Position numbers and translations under genes: made by a program. Source: a virus. Taken from it: 64,000 nt of DNA. Below, in pieces: positions 15,093-25,253 of this stretch (position 1 is the stretch's first letter; each line of letters opens with the position of its first letter). A model generated the notes under the pieces. The model was not told where the DNA came from and made no database searches. It saw only the letters and a program-made list of their open reading frames with translations. The DNA is taken from the IMG/VR virus record IMGVR_UViG_3300008111_000001; one strand, written 5' to 3'.

Positions 15093-15786
15093 CAAAGGAA
15101 AATTTTTACAAGATTTTGAATCCTTACGTCCAGATTTGTTTTTTCCCGAAAATTGGACAGATGAAGAAAAGGAAAAGGCTGTTGAGTTAGTCCGGCCTCA
15201 GAAAACTAGAACTTCTATGTTTTCTTCTATTCCAATGAACTGTGAAGCGCACAAGTGTACATTCGCAGATACATGCCCTTTGCTTAAGGAGAATCTTGCC
15301 CCAAGAGGAAAACCTTGCCCAATAGAGATGTCTATAGTGGCGCAATTTACCAAAGAGTATATGGAGCAACTCGATGTGCATCCAGACAATTTGGTTGAAG
15401 TTTCTATGGTCAGAGATCTTGTCGACCAAGAAGTGCAATATATTCGTAAAACAAAACTTTTAGCTAAAGAACATTTTATTCAAGAGAATATTATTGGTGT
15501 AGACAACGATGGTCAGCCAATCTTGAAAAAAGAACTGCACCTTGCTGTGGATCTAGAAGACAGATTGCATAAGCGTAGAAAAGATCTAAGAAATCAACTC
15601 CTTGCCACGAGAGAAGCTAAAGCTAAGGTTGGTCAGGCGCAATTGGATAGCGCTCAAGCAATTTCTGATATTTTGTATAAGGTTCAGTCTTTAGAGAATC
15701 AAAGAGAAAAAGTTCTCAAACAAAAGCTGGGCATTTATGACAAAGATGATTATATTGAGATAGATCCGCCAAAGGATATTGATTAA
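15070..15786 (+). CDS. Cys-cluster helical protein, candidate terminase small subunit
   Basis: Cx4Cx4C...CPIE followed by long helices; several genes upstream of terL. The gene is clear; the function is a guess. Confidence 0.45.
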   Translation: MSNIEKSDKGKFLQDFESLRPDLFFPENWTDEEKEKAVELVRPQKTRTSMFSSIPMNCEAHKCTFADTCPLLKENLAPRGKPCPIEMSIVAQFTKEYMEQLDVHPDNLVEVSMVRDLVDQEVQYIRKTKLLAKEHFIQENIIGVDNDGQPILKKELHLAVDLEDRLHKRRKDLRNQLLATREAKAKVGQAQLDSAQAISDILYKVQSLENQREKVLKQKLGIYDKDDYIEIDPPKDID

Positions 15787-18700
15787 TGTCGGAAGAACTT
15801 TTTCAGAGACTGTCTAAACTAGTTAGTTCAAGCACCAAAAATCTTTTTGGTAAAAAGAATAAAGGTGTTGGCGAAAAGATCTTGGATGATCAGAGGGCAA
15901 CTGGTATATACGGTACTGCAGATGAGTTTATGCAAACACAAGCAGAATTTGAAAAGATGTACTACACAATGTTGTCTGATCCGGAAAATCTTAAGCCTGG
16001 AATGGCTAATGCTGTAGATGTGGATCATCTTCGTAAACTTGGTAAAATTGATTTGTCATACTTTAATTATAAAGCAAAGACACAATTACTTTCAAGCTAT
16101 AGAACCAATGTAGTTAAATTGGAAGATTTGATATCAAACGTTGGCTTTCCTAATATTGCTCTTCCAGAGGGCGCTAATGATGTAAGAGTTGGTTTATTGT
16201 TTGATGTAGATCAAAAAATGCAACACCCAGTGTTTGCGGTATTAAATAAAATGATATTTAACGTTGATCCTATGTCAGAATCCATAAGTGATATGACTTT
16301 CAATACGCAAAACATTATGTCTTCTTCGCAGATACAAAGAAATATGTCTCAGATATCCGCTATTGCTAATGGAAGTCTTTTTACTCAAACATCAAAAATA
16401 GCAACTCTAGACATTGAGTCTACTGGTTTAATGTTTGGTTCTCAAGCTAGATCTGTTTCTTTAATACAAAGAACTGGTTTGGACCAGGCCGCTTTGATGG
16501 TCGAGGATATGGATTTCATGTATGAGTCACCAAGGCTCGCTGGGGTTTTGGCTAGCGATAGTCAAACTTTAACTGAATTTATAGCCGAGCAAGAAGGCTT
16601 TCTTAAGTCAGGAAAAATTATTGGTAATGAAGATGAATTTATGGGAAAGATGGAAAAACTATTTGGTTATCTTTCTAATGAAGCTAAAGTAGACTTCCTT
16701 GCTGGACACAATATCCAATATGACATAAATACATTACTTGATACAACTAGGTCAATGAGTGGATATAAACAAAACGCTTCTCTAAATCTGGTAGTTGATA
16801 AATTTTTGGATAGAGTAAATAATAATCCCAACTTTATGGTAGACACCCTTGAAGTTGGTCGTCAGTATATGAGAAATTTATTTCAGCAAACTGAGGGCTC
16901 ATTGGCGGATCCCATAGCTAGAGGTGACAAATTTGTAAAAAGTTTTTTTGCTCAAGAAACTTTAGCTGATATTTCACGTGGCGGAAAAGCTACATATGCA
17001 GCTATGGAAAATTTTATTATGAATACAAATCTTTTAGATTTAATAGCCGCCGAAGATCACGCTCCTGAAGTTTTTGCAAAAATATTTGAAGGTTCTCACG
17101 TAGCTGAAACTGACACAATTATGCAGGACTACATGTTGAGGTATATACATCAAGGTAAATTAGATTTTCGTAATCCAAAGACAACAGTGCAGGGTAAAAG
17201 AATATCTGAAGAAATCATAAATATGGCAAGATTAACAGCACTAAAGTCCTCAGCAATTGTACCAGAGGCAAATATATCTGATCCACGACAGCTATCTCAA
17301 GCAGCCCTAAGGTATATACAGACAGATGAGGGTTTAGCTAGCACTAGCGTTATGATTAATGAGGAGCAAGCTAAGCAAGCATTTGGTGTAGATATTGACA
17401 GTGGTTTCATTAAATATGATCAAGGATCATATAAGATTTTTACTGGACAAGGTAGTCCAATAGAATTAGATAAAGTTAAAGCAAAAGAATATTTAAGAGA
17501 TGTTATAACTAAAGCTCAAGATACACAATATGAGGAAACAATTAATCTAACGCCAGCTGGATCACCTTCTTCAATTACCCGGAAGATTAATCCATTTGAA
17601 AGACGAATAATGAGTCTAGGTTTAACAAGAAGGCAAAACTCAGAAATATTAATAGCGCAAACTCTAATAGATCAAATCGGCATGCCAACGAATATTGGTC
17701 CGGTAGATGTGGATTCTTATATTCACAATGTTGGTAATTTTTATGAAAACTTTGCAGACAATCCCAGGGTAATAGGCGGGGGTTCTCCCGGCACAATTAA
17801 GGGTGTTGTACAAGAAATTCGCTCATTAATGAATCCGTCAAAAACGCCAACTTTTTCAATGGGATTCAATATGAATGCGCGTTCTTCTTCTGAAATACTA
17901 GCTCAATATGTTTCGCATGGCCAAACAATGTCTGGCTTAGGCATGGCTAATTCCATTTTAGGTCCTACCGAATTAGCTTTTGGAGATATGATGTCAAGGG
18001 CAACCGGTCGTGTAGCCAGGGAAAGAATGCACACCTTAAGTACTCAACCTAAAGGTGTAGACGATTCTTACTTATCGCAGATTAGAACATCTATGCGATA
18101 TGGTGTGTCTGAAGAAATAGGTGATGTAGTTTCTCAATTTGGCATATCTCATTTTCAGCTTCAGCAATCTTTAAGAATTATGGAATCTCAAACTCAAGAA
18201 TCTTTAGGTAAAAAACTAATTCTTCCTTATGAATATTTTAAATCAATTGAATTAGCATCGGATCCTAATGTGCCAGATATGGGTAAGGCAATTGCTCAAG
18301 GTAAAGTAAATATGTCTCTTAGCTATGTAGAAAGAATGAGCAGAGATGTAAATACTGGTCAAGAGGTACAGCGTAATGTGTTGAACCTAACATGGCAAGA
18401 AGGTCGAGATGATTCTGGTTTGACTTCAAGAAAAATAGCAGAAAAGTTATATGAAGATTTTGTTGAGACTGATAATTATAAAAATATTCTAAAAGAACCA
18501 GATAACCGTTTAAGGGTAGAGGTAGAGAATATAAAAACTTTTTTTCAAGGAAAAACTAAAGAATCTGCAGTATCAGAGCTAGAAGAGTTGGCTAAAAGAG
18601 GCGTCGTAGCAGGTCACATGGAAGATGTTGGTGTAGATAGCCCAATAGCCAAGCTGGTCCAAAATGCCTCTGCAATGGGAGTTGATTTAACTAGAGATAC

Positions 18701-19268
18701 TGGAAACAGAATTTTAGGCAATGTAATAGACGATTCCAACGATTTGCTAAGAGTATTTTTCTTTGACGAAACTACGGCTAGAGCTACTACACCAGCTGGC
18801 ACCACATTTACCAGAAATATGAACTCCATTGCTAGAGCTTCACTTAAAGGCGCTAACGATGTAGCAGAAAGACTTGCTGGTGATAGTGACCTTTTGAGAA
18901 CCGCAATGCAGAATATTAAAGCAGGTACTCGAAAGCAGGATATTTCGAAAAGCGTTGAAATTTATAATAATATAAAACCTCACGCTGGTTTGATTGCTAT
19001 GGGTGCAGCAGCTATGGCTGGTGGTTACTATTTATTTAGAAAGAAAGAAGAAAGAGATTTATATAACGAAACGCTTGAACAGCAACCGGTAGAAAACTAT
19101 AATCAAAATAGCGTGACGAATACATATACTGCAGCTATGACTTCTTTACCTTCTTCAAGAAGAGATCCATTGGTTACAGCTGGTGTTGTTGGTAATTTGG
19201 ATAGAAATAAAATTGGACATACAAAAATGGGAAATAATAAATACAATCATCTTTATGGAGGGCAGTAG
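15786..19268 (+). CDS. large protein with DEDDh (DnaQ-like) 3'-5' exonuclease domain and C-terminal TM
   Basis: LDIESTG (D209, E211), AGHNIQYD (D313), SHVAETD (H438, D443); AMGAAAMAGGYYLFRKK near the C-terminus. Confidence 0.8.
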   Translation: MSEELFQRLSKLVSSSTKNLFGKKNKGVGEKILDDQRATGIYGTADEFMQTQAEFEKMYYTMLSDPENLKPGMANAVDVDHLRKLGKIDLSYFNYKAKTQLLSSYRTNVVKLEDLISNVGFPNIALPEGANDVRVGLLFDVDQKMQHPVFAVLNKMIFNVDPMSESISDMTFNTQNIMSSSQIQRNMSQISAIANGSLFTQTSKIATLDIESTGLMFGSQARSVSLIQRTGLDQAALMVEDMDFMYESPRLAGVLASDSQTLTEFIAEQEGFLKSGKIIGNEDEFMGKMEKLFGYLSNEAKVDFLAGHNIQYDINTLLDTTRSMSGYKQNASLNLVVDKFLDRVNNNPNFMVDTLEVGRQYMRNLFQQTEGSLADPIARGDKFVKSFFAQETLADISRGGKATYAAMENFIMNTNLLDLIAAEDHAPEVFAKIFEGSHVAETDTIMQDYMLRYIHQGKLDFRNPKTTVQGKRISEEIINMARLTALKSSAIVPEANISDPRQLSQAALRYIQTDEGLASTSVMINEEQAKQAFGVDIDSGFIKYDQGSYKIFTGQGSPIELDKVKAKEYLRDVITKAQDTQYEETINLTPAGSPSSITRKINPFERRIMSLGLTRRQNSEILIAQTLIDQIGMPTNIGPVDVDSYIHNVGNFYENFADNPRVIGGGSPGTIKGVVQEIRSLMNPSKTPTFSMGFNMNARSSSEILAQYVSHGQTMSGLGMANSILGPTELAFGDMMSRATGRVARERMHTLSTQPKGVDDSYLSQIRTSMRYGVSEEIGDVVSQFGISHFQLQQSLRIMESQTQESLGKKLILPYEYFKSIELASDPNVPDMGKAIAQGKVNMSLSYVERMSRDVNTGQEVQRNVLNLTWQEGRDDSGLTSRKIAEKLYEDFVETDNYKNILKEPDNRLRVEVENIKTFFQGKTKESAVSELEELAKRGVVAGHMEDVGVDSPIAKLVQNASAMGVDLTRDTGNRILGNVIDDSNDLLRVFFFDETTARATTPAGTTFTRNMNSIARASLKGANDVAERLAGDSDLLRTAMQNIKAGTRKQDISKSVEIYNNIKPHAGLIAMGAAAMAGGYYLFRKKEERDLYNETLEQQPVENYNQNSVTNTYTAAMTSLPSSRRDPLVTAGVVGNLDRNKIGHTKMGNNKYNHLYGGQ

Positions 19269-19270
19269 TA

Positions 19271-20137
19271 ATGCCAGTTAATTTGGGTTCTTTAGGTAAA
19301 AGGGTTACATCTTTTTTCGATGATACCATAAAGCCAATGGCCCAGGCTAAACGAGCATCAGCTTCAGCTAGAACCGCTGGAGTTACTGGTAGGGCACGAC
19401 AAACATTCGATGATGTATCTGAATACGCTGGTAAAAGATTAGATGAAGAACTTATCCCTAAGTTACAGGGAACTGCACAAGGTTTTGCTCAGGGTCGTAC
19501 TGGAAGAGCTGTTCGTGGAACAGCGGTTGGTTTAGGTGGAACCTTAACTGAATTAGCCTCAAGTAAAGCTGGTATAGCCGGTATTGCTATTGGCGCTGGT
19601 GCAGTTGGATTCGGTTCTTCTGTGGGGCCAGCTGTCAAAGACGCTGCGTTTGAGGCTGCATTTGATGATACGGAAGCGGATAGATATTTTACTGGAAGAG
19701 ATTTAGATGCAAGATTTTTAGCTGGAACTTTAATGGGTGGCGTTGGTGGTGGAATGCTGCAGGCTACTGCGCCTGGGGATTATTTTGCGGCGAATCCACC
19801 AATTAATTCTGATACGTTTGCTGCTTCAATAGTTGCTGCAAGAACTGCTACGGGTCCAGTTACTGGCGGTATGGGTGCGGCAGCGGGAGCATTTTTAGGT
19901 TCTGGATTTGGTAAAACTGGTTCTAAAATAGGAAAAGTTGGAGGTGGATTAGTTGGCGGTGTTGTTGGGGCTAATCTCGGTATACTTTTGCCCGCTCTTG
20001 GCGTTGGTGCATATATGAATAATAATAAAGAGTTCTTCCAAAATTCACCCTATTCTTCAACTAGATCAACGCAAAGTGCTTTAAATGCGAGCGGAGACAT
20101 AGTCCTCGGGATGCATAACTCAAGAAGAGGATACTAA
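19271..20137 (+). CDS. Gly/Ala-rich multi-hydrophobic protein (candidate ejection/membrane protein)
   Basis: Many GxxxG segments; located upstream of terL. Confidence 0.6.
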   Translation: MPVNLGSLGKRVTSFFDDTIKPMAQAKRASASARTAGVTGRARQTFDDVSEYAGKRLDEELIPKLQGTAQGFAQGRTGRAVRGTAVGLGGTLTELASSKAGIAGIAIGAGAVGFGSSVGPAVKDAAFEAAFDDTEADRYFTGRDLDARFLAGTLMGGVGGGMLQATAPGDYFAANPPINSDTFAASIVAARTATGPVTGGMGAAAGAFLGSGFGKTGSKIGKVGGGLVGGVVGANLGILLPALGVGAYMNNNKEFFQNSPYSSTRSTQSALNASGDIVLGMHNSRRGY

Positions 20138-20139
20138 TT

Positions 20140-21612
20140 ATGTCAATGATGTACAATGGCGAAATGGAGCAGATAGGGCCCCTTAACGAGTCTACAATGG
20201 TAGATACTCCAGATACTGCACTTGGATTTAGAATGATGGAGCATCTACCAGGACTCAGTACTACCGTTATGTTTGGTTCCATGAGGGGATCGAATACCAT
20301 GATGTATGGTGGATTCATGGATGATCTTGGTGATCCACAAAAAGTTTTAAGCGCAAGACGTCAAAAAAGACTAGCCCAAAGAGCGTCAAAACATAGAATT
20401 ATGGTTGGCGGACAGATGTCTGCAGCTTCAAACTCTCATTTTATGGGCTCTGCATCCAGACAAGCTAGTGCCAGAGCCGCAGGAAAAACACCGTTTTTAA
20501 GATCCTCTAGGGTTAATAATATCACAGCAAATCCTAGAGCATTTTTTAGAGCCCATTCTCAAAGTATTTTTGCAGGAGAAAAAGCTGGAGCATATTCAAT
20601 GTTTGGCGGATACAAAATGCTAAACAATAAGTATGGTGAAAGATTAGCTGGAAAGATTCTTGGTGGTAGTCCTTTAGCTGAGGGAGAAAAAGCTTTTGGC
20701 CCAGGTTTACTTTCAGCTATTTCATCGGGAGTAAAAACTGATGCATTGGAAAGAAGAGCTATGAAAGGCTCTTCTAGAGCTGCAGCAAAACTTGCCAGAA
20801 TCGATAGAGCAACGTCATCTTTATTAACAGTCAATAGTCCAGCTGGGTTAACTGTTTCAGGTGGACAATTTGGTAAGGTAATTCCAAAAAGTATGAATAT
20901 GGGGATTGTTGCTCCAGCAGGAAAAACGGTGTCTCAAACAGCTATTGGACTAGGTGGATATAATCCAGCAACTGGAGCAGGTGCAATGGGGGTTCGTGGT
21001 AACCTTCAAGCTTCAGCTTTGAGCGGCGCAGCAACCGGATTCTTGGCTGGATATTCCCGTGGTGCCTTAGGTTTTGGCGGAGAAGGGTTGGTCGGCAGGG
21101 CTGCTCAAGGCGCAAAAGCTGCAGAATCAGCTTTTGCTAAAGCTGTTGGTTCATTTGGTGATGACGGAATAAAACTAGCAAGTGGACAAGTTCTAAAGGG
21201 CGCTGACGAAGCGGTATCATTTCTTAGGTCTACTAAGGGAGGAAAATTCTTTTCTCAAGTTGGAGCCAAAACAGCGTTAAAGCTTGGTGGCAAGGGGGCT
21301 GCAGGCATGCTGGCAATGAGAGGTGCAGCATTAGCTATTCCTGGACTTCAGGTTGTCGCTGCAGCATCACTGGCATATGATCTTGCTAAAATGGGCGGAG
21401 AGCTAGTTAAGAGTGGAATTAATTTTACGCGAGATGCAAATAAATCTTTGCAAGGATCTATAGCTAAACCTACATTTGGCATGGGATACAGAGATACTGA
21501 GGCAGCTGCTACATCAAGAGCTAGAGGAGTTCAGGCAATACAAAATTCTAGATTGAACGCTAGAAGCATGTTGGGCACAGAGGGCGCAATGATGGCTGCG
21601 CATTACGGATAG
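20140..21612 (+). CDS. Gly/Ala-rich protein (candidate ejection/membrane protein)
   Basis: Gly/Ala-rich; hydrophobic AGMLAMRGAALAIPGLQVVAAASLAY segment. Confidence 0.6.
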   Translation: MSMMYNGEMEQIGPLNESTMVDTPDTALGFRMMEHLPGLSTTVMFGSMRGSNTMMYGGFMDDLGDPQKVLSARRQKRLAQRASKHRIMVGGQMSAASNSHFMGSASRQASARAAGKTPFLRSSRVNNITANPRAFFRAHSQSIFAGEKAGAYSMFGGYKMLNNKYGERLAGKILGGSPLAEGEKAFGPGLLSAISSGVKTDALERRAMKGSSRAAAKLARIDRATSSLLTVNSPAGLTVSGGQFGKVIPKSMNMGIVAPAGKTVSQTAIGLGGYNPATGAGAMGVRGNLQASALSGAATGFLAGYSRGALGFGGEGLVGRAAQGAKAAESAFAKAVGSFGDDGIKLASGQVLKGADEAVSFLRSTKGGKFFSQVGAKTALKLGGKGAAGMLAMRGAALAIPGLQVVAAASLAYDLAKMGGELVKSGINFTRDANKSLQGSIAKPTFGMGYRDTEAAATSRARGVQAIQNSRLNARSMLGTEGAMMAAHYG

Positions 21613-21614
21613 TT

Positions 21615-23471
21615 ATGAGTATATTCACAAAAACACAAGAATTTAGAAGCGCTTTAGAAAAGCTATCTAGAGAAGATTTATTAGAAATAATTCGTATTCA
21701 AGACCCTGAGCTTATCAAGCAAGTTAATAGAATTGAATGGGTTTTTGAAAATAAATTATCTCATTTAGCTTGGAATGATGGAACTCCTGTTTTGGAGAGA
21801 AAAATGACAAACAGAGAATTGGCTCTTCTAATTGATGAGCCATTTGAAGTTGACTTAAATTTATTAGCTGATGGAATTAGCGCAGACCATCAAAGACAAT
21901 TGCATGTTTCTAAGGATCCAGTTGTTTGGGCAAAACAATTCTTGGAAGCAAATCTGCGTGTATATCAAATTCTTATATTGCGTGATCCATCTTTGAGAAA
22001 AGTTTTAAGAGCTGGTCGTCGTTTAGGAAAAACATTTAGTTTGGCAGTTCAACTTTTGCATTACAGTTATACTCATAAGGACGGTAGGTCTTTAGTTATC
22101 GCTCCAATGAAAACTCAGGTTGAACTTATCTATCAAGAAATATTAAGAATTGCTTCCAAAAATGAAGTAGTTATGAACTCTATAACAAGAAAAGTTACAA
22201 GCCCTCAATTCATGATTCAGTTTTCTAATGGTTCTACAATTAGATTCTTTACTTCAGGAATGAAGAGCGGTGGAAAGAGTGACGTTGCTCGTGGTCAGGA
22301 AGCCCATCTTATTATTCTTGACGAAATGGACTACATGCACGCAGACGATCTAGATGCGCTGTACGCTATGCTCCAAAAAACCGCTGAAGATCAACCAGAC
22401 AAAGTTATGATTGGAGCCTCTACCCCAACAGGTAGGCGAGAAAGATTCTGGGAATGGTGCAGATCACCAAGGTTTACTGAGTTTTGGTTTCCTTCTTACT
22501 GTAATCCATATTTTTCTAAAGAACAAGAGGAAGAATTTAGAGAACAATATTCTCCAAGTGGATATCGGCATGAAATAGAAGCTGATTGGGGTGAAGATTC
22601 TGAAGGTGTTTATCCTAGAAAGTTTGTAGATAGAGCTTTTATTTCTCCTTCGTGGAACTATATTCCAGAAATAACATCTGCCAGATCTTTTCATACAATA
22701 GGTGTTGACTGGGATAAATACGGTGCAGGAACAAATATTGTTGTTGTCGAAGTCTGCTCAGAAAATTATGAAGATTCCAGATTTAGAGGCAAGACAAAAA
22801 TTTGCTATAGAGAAGAAATAGCTAGATCTGAATACACTTTAACTAAAGCAGTAGATAGAATTATTGAACTTAATCAGATATTTAATCCAAAACATATTTA
22901 TGTAGACCGTGGGTATGGAGAGGTGCAAGTAGAGCTTCTTAAAAAGCATGGTGTCGAAAATCCTAGATCTGGTTTGAAAGAAAAAATAAAAGGTGTTGCG
23001 TTTGGCGAAAGCATAGACGTAAGAGATCCATATACAAAATTAATGGTTAAAAAAGAAATGAAACCTTTTATGGTTGATAATCTTCGTCAATATTTAGAAA
23101 AAGAAAAATTAATGATTCCAGATTCCGACGAAGAGTTGTATATGCAATTAATATCTTATGTTGTAGTTCGAACAACTCAAACTGGTCGACCAGTTTTCGA
23201 AGCAGCGGGATCAGCAATGGATCACGCACACGATGCTTTAATGCTGGCGCTTTTAGCTATTACGCAAAACTATGGAGAGTTTTCACAGGCACATTACGCA
23301 ACGAATACTGAAACTTTTTCTAATCATTTTTTTGTTCCAGATACTAAAAAAGTAGATAAAGAAGATGATGAAAAAAATAAAGTTATTATTACCGGACGAG
23401 TTGATGCGTTAAATCCATCAAAAGGTTTTCGTAGGTCTACTTCTACGAAAAGAGTAAGAAGGATGTTCTAA
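21615..23471 (+). CDS. terL: terminase large subunit
   Basis: AGRRLGKT Walker A, ARGQ, LIILDEMD Walker B, ASTP, RNase H-like nuclease IGVDWD / YVDRG / HAHDAL. Confidence 0.93.
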   Translation: MSIFTKTQEFRSALEKLSREDLLEIIRIQDPELIKQVNRIEWVFENKLSHLAWNDGTPVLERKMTNRELALLIDEPFEVDLNLLADGISADHQRQLHVSKDPVVWAKQFLEANLRVYQILILRDPSLRKVLRAGRRLGKTFSLAVQLLHYSYTHKDGRSLVIAPMKTQVELIYQEILRIASKNEVVMNSITRKVTSPQFMIQFSNGSTIRFFTSGMKSGGKSDVARGQEAHLIILDEMDYMHADDLDALYAMLQKTAEDQPDKVMIGASTPTGRRERFWEWCRSPRFTEFWFPSYCNPYFSKEQEEEFREQYSPSGYRHEIEADWGEDSEGVYPRKFVDRAFISPSWNYIPEITSARSFHTIGVDWDKYGAGTNIVVVEVCSENYEDSRFRGKTKICYREEIARSEYTLTKAVDRIIELNQIFNPKHIYVDRGYGEVQVELLKKHGVENPRSGLKEKIKGVAFGESIDVRDPYTKLMVKKEMKPFMVDNLRQYLEKEKLMIPDSDEELYMQLISYVVVRTTQTGRPVFEAAGSAMDHAHDALMLALLAITQNYGEFSQAHYATNTETFSNHFFVPDTKKVDKEDDEKNKVIITGRVDALNPSKGFRRSTSTKRVRRMF

Positions 23472-25252
23472 TGAGTGAGATTGGTGTAAATTATCAGGAA
23501 TCATATTCAGAAGTTCCTAATAATATTTATGGTGATTATAAATTTCAAGATGCCCCATATACAAACCCCACTGGATCAGAGGCATATAGAGCTGTAGGAC
23601 AAAAGGCCTATAACAGAACTGCTGATTCTGGAGTTAAACAGGCATATTCTATACCAATAGATTTTGTTAGAAAAGAAGCAGAATCAGCACAGACGCTTAT
23701 TACGGATACAATTGATGATATTGAAAATTTAATGAAAAAAGTTTATATAAATCCCAATATTAATAATGATCTTTTATCTGCGCATCAAAATCTTTGGGAT
23801 GAATTAAACAACAATCTATATACCACACAGCCTAAGGCATTGGCAGTCTACAATCAACGGGTTACTGATTCGTTAAAAATAAATTCAACACAAAATCTAC
23901 CACAACCAAATCAAATTGATGTATCAGAAAAAGATCTGGAAGATTCCGATGACATTGTCACCATTCTGCCTTATCCTGCTCCTGATAGTAAAGCCCATAA
24001 AGATCGAAAAGATGAAATGATTAAGGTAAGAATACCAATTCCTGGTCATATTAATTTTGAAGAAATAATTTTTGCAGAAAAACTAAATTCTACTTGTTCA
24101 AGAAAATTTTTAGAGGAGTTTTATTACTCCATAGCTCATTCTACTTTTTCATATTTTCTACAATTTAGAAAATTATTAAAGTCTCTTCAAAAAGAGGTAT
24201 ATGCAATACAATTATCTTTAAGCCAAGATTTTAGGGAGGTTTATGAAAACGAACTGCAGCAAAAAGTCGCAGCACACTATGACTCATGGTGCAAAACGGC
24301 CAAACATTATTCGAGCAGGATTGCAAAAACAATCGTATCCAAACCAGGAGCGATCCCTTCAGCCGAATTGGATAAAATCTCGAAAGAACATGCCGCAAAA
24401 TTTCAAGCTTTTTTTGCGATTAAATTAAATGCTGTAGATTCTGAAATAGAAGATATTTTACAATCATTAAAAAGAGATTTAGAAGAAAACTCTATAATCT
24501 TTTATACAAGATATTTAGCTCCTGGATTAAAGTTTTCATCTGAAATAGGAAGTCCTTTTGATTTGGATTATGAAACAACTTCTTTTAAGAAAAGGTTTCC
24601 ATTTTTAACTGAAGAAATGTTATTGGCATCAATTCTATTAAAGGGTAACTTTACTTCTATTATGGCTGACGTGGTAGATAGGCATCATATAGTTATGGGT
24701 AAAACTGACGCACTAATGCAGTTAATTCATGAAAAAAGAAAATACGCTAACTATATATCACAGCTATCTGTTAAAGGTTTGCCAAAGCCTAATGTTCTTC
24801 TTAATGTTCCAAACGACGTGTATGCTCAAATATTTAGTGGGGCAATTATTAGTTTGACCAGAAAAGATACTGTTCAATCAGATCATAAGCTTTTATCTGG
24901 ATTAGACGAAAATGACCATCCTCAGTATTTATTGAGAGACGGCGGAAAAATTATTGGTGACATAGAAGTGGCAGAAGGTATTACTATAGATGGAGTAGAC
25001 TTAAGTGAGCACGCTCACACGGGCGCGGATGGATCTAAGAAAATATCTTCTCTTGATATTGATTATAGCTTAGCTAGAAGCGCAGACTATAGCCAAGATG
25101 CTGCAAAAAAACCTTTATCTGTTAGTGTCAGTCAATTCAATGTAGATATTGTTAACGGTTTACCTAGATGTGACGCAGTTATAAATATAGAAGTAATTGA
25201 TGATATAATGGATAATTATGAATATGAAATTATTTATACGGAAGTAAATTAA
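23471..25252 (+). CDS. putative virion structural protein
   Basis: HKLLSGLDENDHPQYL motif and GITIDGVDLSEHAH beta-like segment; position in the morphogenesis operon. Confidence 0.55.
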   Translation: MSEIGVNYQESYSEVPNNIYGDYKFQDAPYTNPTGSEAYRAVGQKAYNRTADSGVKQAYSIPIDFVRKEAESAQTLITDTIDDIENLMKKVYINPNINNDLLSAHQNLWDELNNNLYTTQPKALAVYNQRVTDSLKINSTQNLPQPNQIDVSEKDLEDSDDIVTILPYPAPDSKAHKDRKDEMIKVRIPIPGHINFEEIIFAEKLNSTCSRKFLEEFYYSIAHSTFSYFLQFRKLLKSLQKEVYAIQLSLSQDFREVYENELQQKVAAHYDSWCKTAKHYSSRIAKTIVSKPGAIPSAELDKISKEHAAKFQAFFAIKLNAVDSEIEDILQSLKRDLEENSIIFYTRYLAPGLKFSSEIGSPFDLDYETTSFKKRFPFLTEEMLLASILLKGNFTSIMADVVDRHHIVMGKTDALMQLIHEKRKYANYISQLSVKGLPKPNVLLNVPNDVYAQIFSGAIISLTRKDTVQSDHKLLSGLDENDHPQYLLRDGGKIIGDIEVAEGITIDGVDLSEHAHTGADGSKKISSLDIDYSLARSADYSQDAAKKPLSVSVSQFNVDIVNGLPRCDAVINIEVIDDIMDNYEYEIIYTEVN

Positions 25253-25253
25253 T

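Noticed and set aside
11071-23471. Inteins or introns in recA or terL
   Set aside because: Both are of normal length with continuous motifs; no intein C/S...HN ends or LAGLIDADG/HNH inserts seen.
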